DNA of 64,000 nucleotides from NCBI RefSeq assembly GCF_963921235.1, contig NC_086097.1, positions 2,232,001 to 2,296,000 on the forward strand. The letters are read 5' to 3'. Origin of the DNA: Mobula hypostoma (Eukaryota). Position numbers and translations under genes: made by a program. This document shows positions 1 to 12,340 of this stretch, piece after piece. A model generated the notes under the pieces. The model searched no databases. It was given only the letters and a program-made list of their open reading frames with translations, and was not told the origin of the DNA. The number at the start of each line of letters is the position of its first letter. Position 1 is the stretch's first letter.

Positions 1-255
1 AAAACAAATTCATTGTTACTCTGGATCCAATACAGCACAAAAAACACAATAAATATCAATACACAAGATAGCTTATACAGATAGATTCATTGTATGTCCA
101 TAAAGTGACAATAGGCCCAGGACTGTCTGTACGCCAGGTGACCGACAGGAAATAATAAAGTAGTGGTGGTGGGGCTGTGTTAAGATGGGTTCGTGGGTGG
201 AGGTGTTGATCAGCCTTACTCCTAGGGGAAAGTAACTGTGTTTGAGTTGGGTGAA
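1..255 (-). mobile_element. 3' end of a Rex1/Babar-like LINE
   Basis: Minus ORF 73..285 contains QLKHSYFPLGVRLIN, matching the C-terminal R(L/F)xNSFFPxAIRLLN motif seen in other copies here. The 3' UTR resembles 62455-62915. Confidence 0.6.
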
Positions 256-259
256 CCCC

Positions 260-3200
260 AGACCGCACTTTGGCAAGTTGTACAATTCCTACTGCCTGCA
301 TACGGATAGAGCCTAAAGAACTAAAGCAGAGATAAAGACAACCAGAGGTAGTCACAGGAGGCAGAGGAACGGTTACAGGATCGCCTCGAGTCAGTGGGTT
401 GGGGCATGTTCAAGAACTCCTCTGAGGATCTGATTGACTACACCAGCATCATAATGGACTTCATTAAAAAAGCAGTGGACGAGTGTGTCTCCACGAAATC
501 GTTCAGGGTTTACCTCAGTCAGAAGCCCTGGATAAACAATGAAATCCAGAATTTGCTGAGATCCTATCAGAGGCATTTGAGTCCCGAGATCAAGAATGCT
601 ACAAGAGGTTCAGGTATGATCTCCAGAAAGCCATCTCTCCAGTGAAGTGGATATTCCAGACTAGACTGGAATCAATGAGGGATGCTATAACCTCCTACAA
701 AGTTAAATCTTGCAACATAGAGCAGTGCAGAGCTTTGCTTCCACATGAGCTCAATGCCTTCTTTGCTCGCTTTGACAACGAGAATAGGGAAAAACCATCG
801 CACACCCCAATGATCCTTTGGTCTTAATATATTGAAGTTGACGTTTGTACTGCCTTCCAGAGAGTGAATCCAAGGACAGCATCCGATCGGAACGGAGTAC
901 TGGACGAGTAAAGACCTGTGCTGACCAACTGGCTGGTGTGTTCACTGATATCTTCAACCTCTCGTTCCAGCAGTCAGTGGTACCCACCTGCTTCAATCAC
1001 TCTGGTGCCCAAGAAGGGCGAGGAAACCTGCCTCAATGACTGTTGCCCATTGGCACTTACATCCACCGTGATGCAGTGTTCTGAGAGGCTGGTAGTGATG
1101 GAGTGTTCTGAGAGGCTGGTAGTGACGCGGCGTTCTGAGAGGCTGGTAGTGATGGAAGTGACGCGGCATTCTGAGAGGCTGGTAGTGACGCGGCGTTCTG
1201 AGAGGCTGGTAGTGATGCAGTGTTCTGAGAGGCTGGTAGTGATGCGGCGTTCTGAGAGGCTGGTAGTGATGCAGTGTTCTGAGAGGCTGGTAGTGACGCG
1301 GCGTTCTGAGAGGCTGGTAGTGATGGAAGTGACGCGGCGTTCTGAGAGGCTGGTAGTGACGCGGCGTTCTGAGAGGCTGGTAGTGATGCAGTGTTCTGAG
1401 AGGCTGGTAGTGATGCGGCGTTCTGAGAGGCTGGTAGTGATGCAGTGTTCTGAGAGGCTGGTAGTGACGCGGCGTTCTGAGAGGCTGGTAGTGATGGAAG
1501 TGACGTGGCGTTCTGAGAGGCTGGTAGTGACGCGGCGTTCTGAGAGGCTGGTAGTGATGCAGTGTTCTGAGAGGCTGGTAGTGACGTGGCGTTCTGAGAG
1601 GCTGGTAGTGACGCGGCGTTCTGAGAGGCTGGTAGTGACGCGGTGTTCTGAGAGGCTGGTAGTGATGCGGTGTTCTGAGAGGCTGGTGGCGACGCGGCGT
1701 TCTGAGAGGCTGGTAGTGATGCAGTGTTCTGAGAGGCTGGTAGTGACGCGGCGTTCTGAGAGGCTGGTAGTGATGCAGTGTTCTGAGAGGCTGGTAGTGA
1801 CGCGGTGTTCTGAGAGGCTGGTAGTGATGCGGTGTTCTGAGAGGCTGGTGGCGACGCGGCGTTCTGAGAGGCTGGTAGTGACGCGGCGTTCTGAGAGGCT
1901 GGTAGTGATGCAGTGTTCTGAGAGGCTGGTAGTGACGCGGCGTTCTGAGAGGCTGGTAGTGATGGAAGTGACGCGGCGTTCTGAGAGGCTGGTAGTGACG
2001 CGGCGTTCTGAGAGGCTGGTAGTGATGCAGTGATCTGAGAGGCTGGTAGTGATGCGGCGTTCTGAGAGGCTGGTAGTGATGCAGTGTTCTGAGAGGCTGG
2101 TAGTGACGCGGCGTTCTGAGAGGCTGGTAGTGATGGAAGTGACGCGGCGTTCTGAGAGGCTGGTAGTGACGCGGCGTTCTGAGAGGCTGGTAGTGATGCA
2201 GTGTTCTGAGAGGCTGGTAGTGACGCGGCGTTCTGAGAGGCTGGTAGTGACGCGGCGTTCTGAGAGGCTGGTAGTGACGCGGTGTTCTGAGAGGCTGGTA
2301 GTGATGCGGTGTTCTGAGAGGCTGGTGGCGACGCGGCGTTCTGAGAGGCTGGTAGTGATGCAGTGTTCTGAGAGGCTGGTAGTGACGCGGCGTTCTGAGA
2401 GGCTGGTAGTGATGCAGTGTTCTGAGAGGCTGGTAGTGACGCGGTGTTCTGAGAGGCTGGTAGTGATGCGGTGTTCTGAGAGGCTGGTGGCGACGCGGCG
2501 TTCTGAGAGGCTGGTAGTGACGCGGCGTTCTGAGAGGCTGGTGGCGACGCGGCGTTCTGAGAGGCTGGTGGCGACGCGGCGTTCTGAGAGGCTGGTAGTG
2601 ACGCGGTGTTCTGAGAGGCTGGTAGTGACGCGGTGTTCTGAGAGGCTGGTAGTGACGGAGTGTTCTGAGAGGCTGGTAGTGACGTGGTGTTCTGAGAGGC
2701 TGGTAGCGACGCGGCGTTCTGAGAGGCTGGTGGCGACGCGGCGTTCTGAGAGGCTGGTGGCGACGCGGCGTTCTGAGAGGCTGGTGGCGACGCGGCGTTC
2801 TGAGAGGCTGGTAGTGACGCGGCGTTCTGAGAGGCTGGTAGTGATGCGGTGTTCTGAGAGGCTGGTGGTGACGCGGCGTTCTGAGAGGCTGGTGGTGATG
2901 GAGTGTTCTGAGAGGTTGGTATTGAAGCATGCCAGCGTCTTACTGAGCGGTGACTTGGATCTGCTCCAATTTGCCTATAGAAGCAACAGGTCCACAACAG
3001 ATGCCATCTCATTGACTCTTCACACAACCCTGGAGCATCTGGACAGCAAAGATGCATACATCAGGATGCTCTTTATTGTTTACAGTTCAGCATTTAATAC
3101 CATCATCCCGCAAAACTAATCAGTAAACTCCAAGACCTGGGCCTCAATACCCCCTTTGCAACTGGATCCTGGATTTCCTCACTTGTAGACCCAGTCAATT

Positions 3201-3381
3201 CAGAACGGCAAAAATATCTCATCCACAATCTCTATCAGAACAGAAGCACCACAGGGATGTGTACTTAACCCCTGACCCTGCTCTACTCACTTTACACCTG
3301 TGACCATGGCTAAGCACAGCGCTAGCACCATTTACTAGTTCCTGACTGCTATGGGCTGTATCAAAGGGGGTGATGAAACAG
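260..3381 (+). mobile_element. Decayed Rex1/Babar-like LINE (RT region) containing an internal 27-bp minisatellite
   Basis: Fragments [79 protein letters not shown] and [16 protein letters not shown], broken by frameshifts and stops. Confidence 0.9.
1068..2921 (+). repeat. 27-bp minisatellite (GTGAYGCRGYGTTCTGAGAGGCTGGTA), about 67 units, five with a 9-bp insert
   Basis: Tandem units are directly visible. 1854 bp = 67x27 + 5x9. Confidence 0.97.
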
Positions 3382-4686
3382 TCTTGAAAGAGGGTGAACC
3401 TTCACAAGGCAGAAGGTCCCGACGGAGTACCTGGCAAGGCTCTGAAAAATTGTGCAACCAACTGGTGGAGATATTCAAGGACATTTTCAACCTCTCACTG
3501 CTACAGGCAGAAGTTCCCACTTGCTTCAAAAAGGCCACAATTATACAAGTGCCTAAGAAGAATAATCTGAGCTGCCTTAATGACTATTGCCCAGCACCAC
3601 TCACATCTACAGTGATGAAATGCTTCGAGAGGTTGATCATGACTAGACTGAACTCCTGCCTCAGCAAGGACCTGGACCCACTGCAATTTGCCTATTGTCA
3701 CAATAGGTCAACGCCAGATGCAATCTCCATGGCTCTCCACATGCCTTTAGACCACCTGGACAACACAAACGCCTACGTCAGGATGCTGTTCATCGACTAT
3801 AGCTCAGCAATTAACATCATCATTGCCACAATCCTGATTGAGAAGTTACAGAACCTGGGCCTCTGTACCTCCTTCTGCAAGTGGATACTCAACTTCCCAA
3901 CCAGAAGACCACAGTCTGTGCAGATTGGTGATAATATCTCCACCACACTGAAGGTCAACATTGGTACATCTCAGGGGTGTGTGCTTAGCCCACTGCTCTA
4001 CTCTCTCTATATCCATGACTGTATGGCTAAGCATAACTCAAATACCATCTATAAATTTGCTGATGATACAACCATTGTTGGTAGAATCTCAGGTAGTGAC
4101 GAGAGGGCGTACAGGAGTGAGATATGCCAACTAGTGGAGTGGTGCCGCAGTAACAACCTGGCACTCAAAATCAGTAAGATGGAAGAGCTGATTGTGGACT
4201 TCAGGAAGGGTAAGATGAAGGAACACATTCTAATCCTCATTGAGGGATCAGAAGTGGAGCGAGTGAGCAGTTTCAAGTTCCTGGGTGTCAAGAGCTCTGG
4301 GGACCTAACCTGGTCCCAATAGTTAGGAGTTTGAGGAGATTTGGTAAGTCAACAAAAACAGTCAAAAACTTCTATAGATGTACCATGATGAGCAGACATT
4401 CTGACAGGCTGCATCACTGTCTAGTACGGCGGCGGGGTGGGGGGTGGTGTGCTACTGCACAGGACTGAAAGAAGCTGCAGAGGGTCATAAATCTAGTCAG
4501 CTCCATCTTGGGTACTAGCCTGCAAAGTATCCTGGACATCTTCAAGGAGCAGTGTCTCAGAAAGGCAACGTCCATTATTAAGGACCTCCAGCACCAGGAC
4601 ATGCCCTTTTCTCACTGTTACCATCAGGTAGGAGGTACAGAAGCTTGAAGGCACACACTCAGTGATTCTTCCCCTCTGCCATCCGA
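3382..4686 (+). mobile_element. 5'-truncated Rex1/Babar-like LINE, RT domain; its 3' UTR resumes at 7470-7685 after a CR1 insertion
   Basis: ORF 3351..4322 has [16 protein letters not shown], GxSQGCVLSPLLYSLY, YKFADDTTIVG and FKFLGV. CCCTCTGCCATCCGA (4672-4686) joins TTCCTAA at 7471, as in the uninterrupted copy at about 32002-32025. Confidence 0.9.
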
Positions 4687-7470
4687 CTCTGCTGCAAACG
4701 AGACTCCGGGAGGGTATGTTGCCTCCCTGGTGCAAGGGTCAAGGATGTCTGTGAGCGGCTGCAGGACATTCTGGAGTGGGAGGGTGAACAGCCAGTGGTC
4801 GTGGTGCACATAGGTACCAACGATTTCGGTAAAAAAACGGGATGTGGTCCTACAAGGTGAATTTAGGGAGTTAGGAGATAAACTAAAAAGTAGGACCACA
4901 AAGGTAATAATCTCTGGATTACTACCAGTGCCATGTGCTAGTCAGAGTAGAAATAGGAGGACATGTCAGATGAATACGTGGCTTGAAAATGGTGCAAGGG
5001 GGAGGGATTCAAATTTCTGGGGCATTGGAACCAGTCCTGGAGGAGGTGGGACTGGTACAAACAGGATGGTCTGCACCTGGGCTGGACTGGAACCATTGTC
5101 CTAGGGGGAGCGTTTGCTACTGTTGTTCAGGAGGATTTAAACTAATGTGGCAGGGGGATGGGAACAAGTGCAGAGAGACAGAGGGGTGTAAGATAAGAGT
5201 AGAAGCAAAAAGGTAGTAAGGTGAAAAGTAGAAGTGGCAGGCCGGCAAATCCAGGGCAAAAATCAAAAAGGGCCACTTTTCAATATAATTGTACAAGGGC
5301 TAAGAGTGTTGTAAAAGGTTTTCTCAACCAACATGTCGAGGAATCAACTAGACAGCAGTCATTCTAGACTGGGTATTGAGCAATGAGGAAGGGTTAATTA
5401 GCAATCTTGTTGTGAGAGGCCCCTTGGGTAAGAGTGACCATAATATGGTGGAATTCTTCATTAAGATGGAGGGTGACATTGTTAATTCAGAAAAAAAGGT
5501 TCTGAACTTAAAGAAGGGTAACTTGGAAGGTATGAGACGTGAATTAGCTAAGATAGACGGGTAAATGATACTTAAAGGGTTGACGGTGGATATGCAATGG
5601 CAAGCATTTAAAGATCGCATGGATGAACTACAACAATTGTTCATCCCAGTTTGGCAAAAGAATAAACCAGGGAAGGTAGTGCACCCGTGGCTGACAAGGG
5701 TGATTAGGGATAGTATCAATTCCAAAGAAGAAACATACAAATTAGCCAGAGAAAGTGGCTCACCTGAGGACTGGGAGAAATTCAGAGTCCAGCAGAGGAG
5801 GACAAAGGGCTTAATTAGGAAAGGGAAAAAAGATTATGAAAGAAAACTGGCAGGGAACATAAAAACTGACTGTAAAAGCTTTTATAGATATGTGAAAAGA
5901 AAAAGATTGGTTAAGACAAATGTAGGTCTCTTACAGTAAGAAACAGGTGAATTGATTATGGGGAACAAGGACATGGCAGACCAATTGAATAATTACTTTC
6001 GTTCTGTCTTCACTAAGGAGGACATAAATAATCTTCCGGAAATAGTAGGGGACAGAGGGTCTAGTGAGATAGAGGAACTGAGGGAAATACATGTTAGTAG
6101 GGAAGTGGTGTTAGGTAAATTGAAGGGATTAAAGGCAGATAAATCCCCAGGGCCAGATGGTCTGCATCCCAGAGTGCTTAAGGAAGCAGCCCAAGAAATA
6201 GTGGATGCATTAGTGATAATTTTTCAAAACTCTTTAGATTCTGGACTAGTTCCTGAGGATTGGAGGGTGGCTAATGTAACCCCGCTTTTTAAAAAAGGAG
6301 GGAGAGAGAAACCGGGGAATTATAGACCAGTTAGCCTAACATCGGTGGTGGGGAAAATGCTAGAGTATTGATGGTATTGGTGTGGATAGAGAATTGGTTG
6401 GCAGACAGGAAGCAAAGAGTGGGAATAAACGGGACCTTTTCAGAATGGCGGGCAGTGACTACTGGGGTACCGCAAGGCTCAGTGCTGGGACCCCAGTTGT
6501 TTACAATATATATTAATGACTTAGACGAGGGAATTAAATGCAGCATCTCCAAGTTTGCGGATGACATGAAGCTGGGCGGCAGTGTTAGCTGTGAGGAGGA
6601 TGCTAAGAGGATGCAGGGTGACTTGGATAGGTTAGGTGAGTAGGCAAATTCATAGCAGATGCAATTTAATGTCAATAAATGTGAGGTTATCCACTCTGGT
6701 GGCAAAAACAGGAAAACAGATTATTATCTGAATGGTGGCTGATTAGGAAAAGGGGAGGTGCAACGAGACCTGGGTGTCATTATACACCAGTCATTGAAAG
6801 TGGGCATGCAGGTACAGCAGGCGGTGAAAAAGGCGAATGGTATGCTGGCATTTATAGCGAGAGGATTCGAGTACAGGAGCAGGGAGGTACTACTGCAGTT
6901 GTACAAGGCCTTGGTGAGACTACACCTGGAGTACTGTGTGCAGTTTTGGTCCCCTAATCTGAGGAAAGACATTCTTGCCATAGAGGGAGTACAAAGTAGG
7001 TTCACCAGATTGATTCCTGGGATGACTGGATTTTCATATGATCGACTAGGCTTATACTCTCTGGAATTTAGAAGATTGAGGGGGGATCTTACTGAAACGT
7101 ATAAAATTCTCAAGGGATTGGACAGGCTAGATGCAGGAAGATTGTTCCCGATGTTGGGGAAGTCCAGAACGAGGGGTCACAGTTTGAGGATAAAGGGGAA
7201 GCCTTTTAGGACCAAGCTTAGGAAAATCTTGTTCACACAGAGAGTGGTGAATCTGTGGAATTCTCTGCCACAGGAAACAGTTGAGGCCAGTTCATTGGCT
7301 ATATTTAAGAGGGAGTTAGATATAGCCCTTGTGGCTAAAGGGATCAGGGGTTATGGAGAGAAGGCACGTGCAGGGTTCTGAGTTGGATGATCAGCCATGA
7401 TCGTACTGAATGGCGGTGCAGGCTCGAAGGGCCGAATGGCCTACTCCTGCACCTATTTTCTATGTTTCTA
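4687..7470 (+). mobile_element. CR1 LINE (ORF1 SGNH-esterase part plus ORF2 EN/RT), with two internal deletions
   Basis: ORF1 motifs CCLPGARVKDV and VVVHIGTND. ORF2 motifs [51 protein letters not shown] and HLEYCVQFWSP. Ends in a TTCTATGTTTCTA tail. Confidence 0.95.
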
Positions 7471-7685
7471 TTCCTAAGTGGACATTGATCTTGTGAACAT
7501 TACCTCACTTTTAAAAAAATATATATTATTTCTGGTTTTGCATGATTTTTAATTTATTCATTATGTGTATACTATAATTTATTTATTTATTTTTTCTTTT
7601 ATATTATGTATTGCATTGAACAGCTGCTGCTAAGTTAACAAATTTCACGTCACATGCCGGATATAATAATCATGATTCTGATCCA

Positions 7686-9200
7686 CTGCTCTACCTTCTT
7701 CAATGTGTTTTGTTACATCCTGAAAGAATTCAATCAGGCTCGTAAGGCACAACCCACCCTTGACAAAGCCATGCTGACTATCCACAAACTTATTATACCT
7801 CTCAAATGCTCATAAATCCTGCCTCTCAGGATCTTCTGCAACAACTTGCCCACTACTGAAGTAAGATTCAAAGGTCTATAATTTCCTGGGTTATCTCTAC
7901 TCCCTTTCTTGAATAAGGAAACAACGTTTTCAACCCTCCCATCCTCCAGTAGATCTCCCTTCCCTGTTGATACTGCTAAGATCATCGCCAGAGGCTCCCT
8001 TGCTCCCCACAGTAGCCTGCAGTATATCTTGTCCAGACCCAGGGACTTACCTAACTTAATACCTTCCAAAAGCTCTAGCACATCCTCTTTCTTAATGTCT
8101 ATATGCTCAAGCATTTCAGTCCAATATAAGTTATCCCCACAATTGCTAGAGTCCTTTTCCCTGGTGAATACTGAAGCAAAGAATTTTTCTTAAGTACCTC
8201 TGCTACTTCCTCCGACTCCATGCACACGTTTCCACTATCACACCTGATTGGTCCTATTCTCACACGGCTCATCCTCTTGCTCTTCACATACTTCAAGATT
8301 CAAAAAGTTCATAAAACTTTATTGTCATTCTAACCATACATTAGCTCTTCAGAGTAGAATGAGACAGCGTTTCCCAGGAGCAGTGCAATCATAACATAAC
8401 AAACACAACACTAAATAATAAACATAACAATAAGTAGTAAATCACAACAGCCACATGTCAGTTAAAATCAAGTTATAAGTGTCCAGTGCAAGTTAAAAGT
8501 GTCCAAAGCAGAGTCAGGTGGAGCAGCTATTTAGCAGTCTGACTGCCTGTGGGAGGAAGCTGTTTAGTAGCCTTGTGGTTTAGTTTTGATGCTCCTGTAA
8601 CGTTTGCCTGATGGCAGAAGAACAAACAGTTCATGGAGAGGGTGTGAGGGGTCTTTAATGAGGTACCGTGTCTTCTGGAGGCATCGACTCTGAAAGAGGT
8701 CTTGGACAGAAGGTAGGGAGACCCCAATAACCTTCTCTGCTCCCCTAACCACCCTCTGCAAGGCTTTTTTGTCGACAGCACTGCAGCTGGAGTACCAGGT
8801 TGTGATGCAAAAGGTCAGCACACTCTCAACCACGCCTCTGTAGAATGTAGTTACGATGTTAGTGGGGAGTGATGCTTGTTTAAGCTTCCTCAGAAAGTGC
8901 AATCCCTGCTGGGCCCGTTTCACAATCCTTGTAGATTGCCTTGGGGTTTTCCTTAATCCTGCTCCCCAAGGACTTCTCATGGCCCCTTCTGGATCTGCTA
9001 ATTTCATTCTTAAGCTCTTTTCTGGCAACCTTGTAATTTTCTAGAGCGCTAACGGTACCTAGTTTCTTGAACCTTTCATAAGCTTTACTTTTCTTCTTAA
9101 TGAGATTTCCTATACATTTTGTACACCTTGGTTCTTTTACCCTACCATCCTTTCCCTGCCTCAATGGAACATACCTATGCAGAACTCTATGCAAATATAA
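7686..9200 (-). mobile_element. CR1 ORF2 fragment interrupted by a Rex1-like insertion
   Basis: Minus ORFs give SRIKENPKA / KYVKSKR...IGP and DNPGNYRPLNLTSVVGKLL. The two halves join across 8294-8927. Confidence 0.85.
8294..8927 (-). mobile_element. 5'-truncated Rex1/Babar-like LINE 3' end
   Basis: IVKRAQQGLHFLRKLK, FYRGVVESVLTFCITTWY and DPSHPLHELFVLLPSGKRYRSI; short-repeat tail near 8294. Confidence 0.88.
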
Positions 9201-9529
9201 ATCATGAAATGTTTTATAAGAACAATAATAATTGTTGAGGTTGAACTTCACACTATTGATGATGTGCACATTCACATTAAATGTTAAAAATAAAAACAGA
9301 TAAAGCTGGAAACATTCTGCTGGGCAGGCAGAGTGTGTGAGCGTGTGTGTGGGGAGAGGGCAGGAGAACGTTGTGTTAATATTTCTGGCCAAACGCCCTT
9401 GACCTCAATACCCAAGCAAGTGTGAAAACATGCTAGTTTTATGTCGCAGGGAGTTTGCAGAAGGTCAAATAAAACAAAGGAAATACCTGTGATGGAGTGA
9501 GACCAGGTTAAAGAAAAATTGAGTGAACA

Positions 9530-11250
9530 GATCATCAAGCATAGGAGCAGAATTAAGCTATTCAGCCCATCGAGTCTGCTCCACCAATTCGCCATGGCTG
9601 ATTTATTATCCTGCTCAACCTCAATCTCCTGCCTTCTTCCTGTAACCTTTGATGCCCTTAGTAATCAACCACCTCTCATCCTCCAATTGAAATATACCCA
9701 GTGACTTGTCCTCCACAGCTGTCTGAAGCAATGTATTCTACAGATTTACTACTCTCTGGCTAAAGAAGTTTCTCATCTCTGTTCTAAATGGACATTAGAA
9801 ACATAGAAAAACTACAGCATAATACAGGCCCTTCGGCCCACAATGCTGTACTGAACATGTACTTACTTTAGAAGTTACCAAGGGTTACCCATAGCCTTTT
9901 TCTAACCTCTATGTACCTATCCAGGAATCACTTAAAAGACCCTATCGTATCCATCTCCACCATCCTCGCCGGCAGCCCATTCCACACAGTCACCTATCTC
10001 TGCGTAAAAAACTTACCCCTGATATCTCCTCTGTACCTACTTCCAAGCACCTTAAAACTGTGCCCTCTCGTGTTAGCTATTCCAGCCCAGGGAAAAGGCC
10101 TCTGACTATCCACACAATCAATGCCTCTCATCATCTTATACACCCCTATCAGGTCACCTCTCATTCTCCATCGCTCCAAGGAGAAAAGGCCAAGTTCACT
10201 CAACCTATTCTCATAAGGCATTCTCTCCAATCCAGACAACAACCTTGTAAATCTCCTTCTATTCTTTTATTCTGAGATTGTACCCTCTGATCCTAGACTC
10301 GCCCACTATTGGATACATCCTCTCCACACCCACTCTATCGAGGCATTTCAATATTCAAGATGTTTCAATGAGATTTCCCTGTCTTTTGTCTAAATTCCAG
10401 TGAGCACAGGCCCAGAGCCATCAAATGCTCCTCATATGTTAACCCTTTCATTCACAGAATCATTCTCATGAATCTCCTCTGGACCCTCTCCAAAGCCAGA
10501 ACATCTTTTCTCAGATAAACTGCTCATTATCTGGTCACTGAATTATAGGAAAGATATCAATAAAATTGAGAGAGTACAGAGAAGATTTACTAGAATGTTA
10601 CCCGGGTTTCATCTCCTAAGTTACAGAGAAAGGTTGAACAAGTTGGGTCTTTATTCTTTGGAGCGTAGAAGGTTGAGAGGGGACTTGATAGAGGTATTTA
10701 AAATTATGAGGGGGATTGATAGAGTTAACGTGGATAGGCTTTTTCCATTGAGAGTGGGGGAGATTCAAACAAGAGGACATGAGTTGAGAGTTAAAGGGCA
10801 AAAGTTTAGGGGTAACATGAGGGGGAACTTCTTTACTCAGAGAGTGGTAGCTGTGTGGAACGAGCTTCCAGCAGAAGTGGTTGAGGCAGGTTTGATGTTG
10901 TCATTTAAAGTTAAATTGGATAGATATATGGACAGGAAAGGAATGGAGGGTTATGGGCCGAGTGCAGGTTGGTGGGACTAGGTGAGAGTAAGAGTTCGGC
11001 ACGGACTAGAAGGGCCGAGATGGCCTGTTTCCGTGCTGTAATTGTTATATGGTTATATGGTTTATATTATCCTCGAAGTACGATCTAACCAGTGCTTTAT
11101 AAAGCTGCAGCATTACATCCTTGCTTTGATATTCTCATCTTCTCGAAATGAATGCTAACATTGCATTTGCCTTCCTCACCACCAACTCAACTTGCAAGTT
11201 AACATTTAGGAAACCCTGCACAAGGACTCCCAGGTCCCTTTGCTCCTCTG
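9530..11250 (-). mobile_element. Old CR1 3' fragment hosting two younger CR1 insertions (9796-10260 minus; 10529-11065 plus)
   Basis: Three different CR1 3' ends, each with the C-terminal xSLExRRxRGDLI...RGH motif region. Host sequence resumes at about 10261 and 11066. Confidence 0.8.
10529..11065 (+). mobile_element. CR1 3' fragment (GTTATATG-tail family)
   Basis: ORF 10595..10981 LGLYSLERRRLRGDLIEVFK...TRGHEL; near-identical to 13611-14120. Confidence 0.92.
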
Positions 11251-11944
11251 AGGACCCCTGCCACCCATCCCAGAGTCTCTCTGACCCACTACCTTCAGGA
11301 AGGAGGATTGGCCAGGATGCCAGACCGGGTCACAGCTTCATCCTTTAGGCTGTGAGACTAATGAAGACCCTGCTATCATCACCAGGAGAGCCAGCTGTTC
11401 ACCTGTGCTCTGCACTTCACATACATGTTTAATTATATTTGATCAACTTGCAATATTTTTTTTGATGTGATATCCAGAAGGCCATTGTTTTGTTTACATG
11501 TAATTATGCACCATCAGATGACAGTAAACATGAATGTGATTAAAGCTGGCCTGCAGATTCTGAGCAAACAGCTGAACATGCTGCAGCCAGGCTGGAGCCA
11601 CACAGTATAAACAGGAATTGAATGAGCAATTCCCAGTCTGAGACCAGGAACTGCCCAGGGTAAGCAGCAGTTAAACAATAAAAAGGCCCAATTACAATCT
11701 GCATGGACAAGGTCCATGGATTGTAAACTTGCTGACAGTTCTGCAATTAACTCCTGGTCCAAGGAACAACGTGGACTAATCTTGAAACATGTTTAACAGC
11801 TGAAACTGCAATCAGCTGTCATGGCTTCAGTGGAAATAAACTTCAGAATTACAAGGAGCTATAGTAAGACTCCGACGTGGCAGGTACAGTACAGCTGACT
11901 ATTTGCAAGTGCCACTGACACTGGACGGCCATATTATTTACTCA

Positions 11945-12212
11945 TTACGAGATACAGCATGCAACAGGCCCTTCTTGCCAAATGACCCAGTGATTGAACC
12001 CTAGCCTAAGCACAGGACAATTTACAATGACCAATTAACCTACTAACCGGTAGCTCTTTGGGCTGCGGCGGGGAACCAAAGCACCCAGAGGAAACCCACA
12101 CAGTCACGGGGAGAACGTACAAGCTCCTTACAGACAGTGCTGGAATTGAACTCCTCACTATGGCAACACCCAAGCTGTAATAACGCTGTGCCAACAGCTA
12201 CACTACCATAGC
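11945..12212 (-). mobile_element. HE1-like tRNA-derived V-SINE with CR1-like tail
   Basis: Minus strand has an A-box-like head, B box GTTCAATTCC, V-domain GTACGTTCTCCCCGTGACTGTGTGGGTTTCCTC and tail GAAGGGCCTGTT..GCTGTATCTC. Similar copies at about 22413-22675, 28680-28870, 39483-39725 and 46420-47210 (all minus) and 38820-39050 (plus). Confidence 0.8.
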
Positions 12213-12340
12213 AATAGTTTGCTAATTATGCCCACGACCTGTGTTTAGAAGCACTGATAGGTGTCCCTTTAACACACATTGAAATTAGTCTTGAGGTTTC
12301 ATTCTTGCTCTCTGTATTTATTGCCCAGACAGCAATGAGA

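Noticed and set aside
993..3057. Long ORFs of 645 and 666 aa (minus) and 371 and 356 aa (plus) as real repetitive proteins
   Set aside because: They follow automatically from a stop-free 27-bp unit inside a frameshifted LINE; I see no supporting gene structure.
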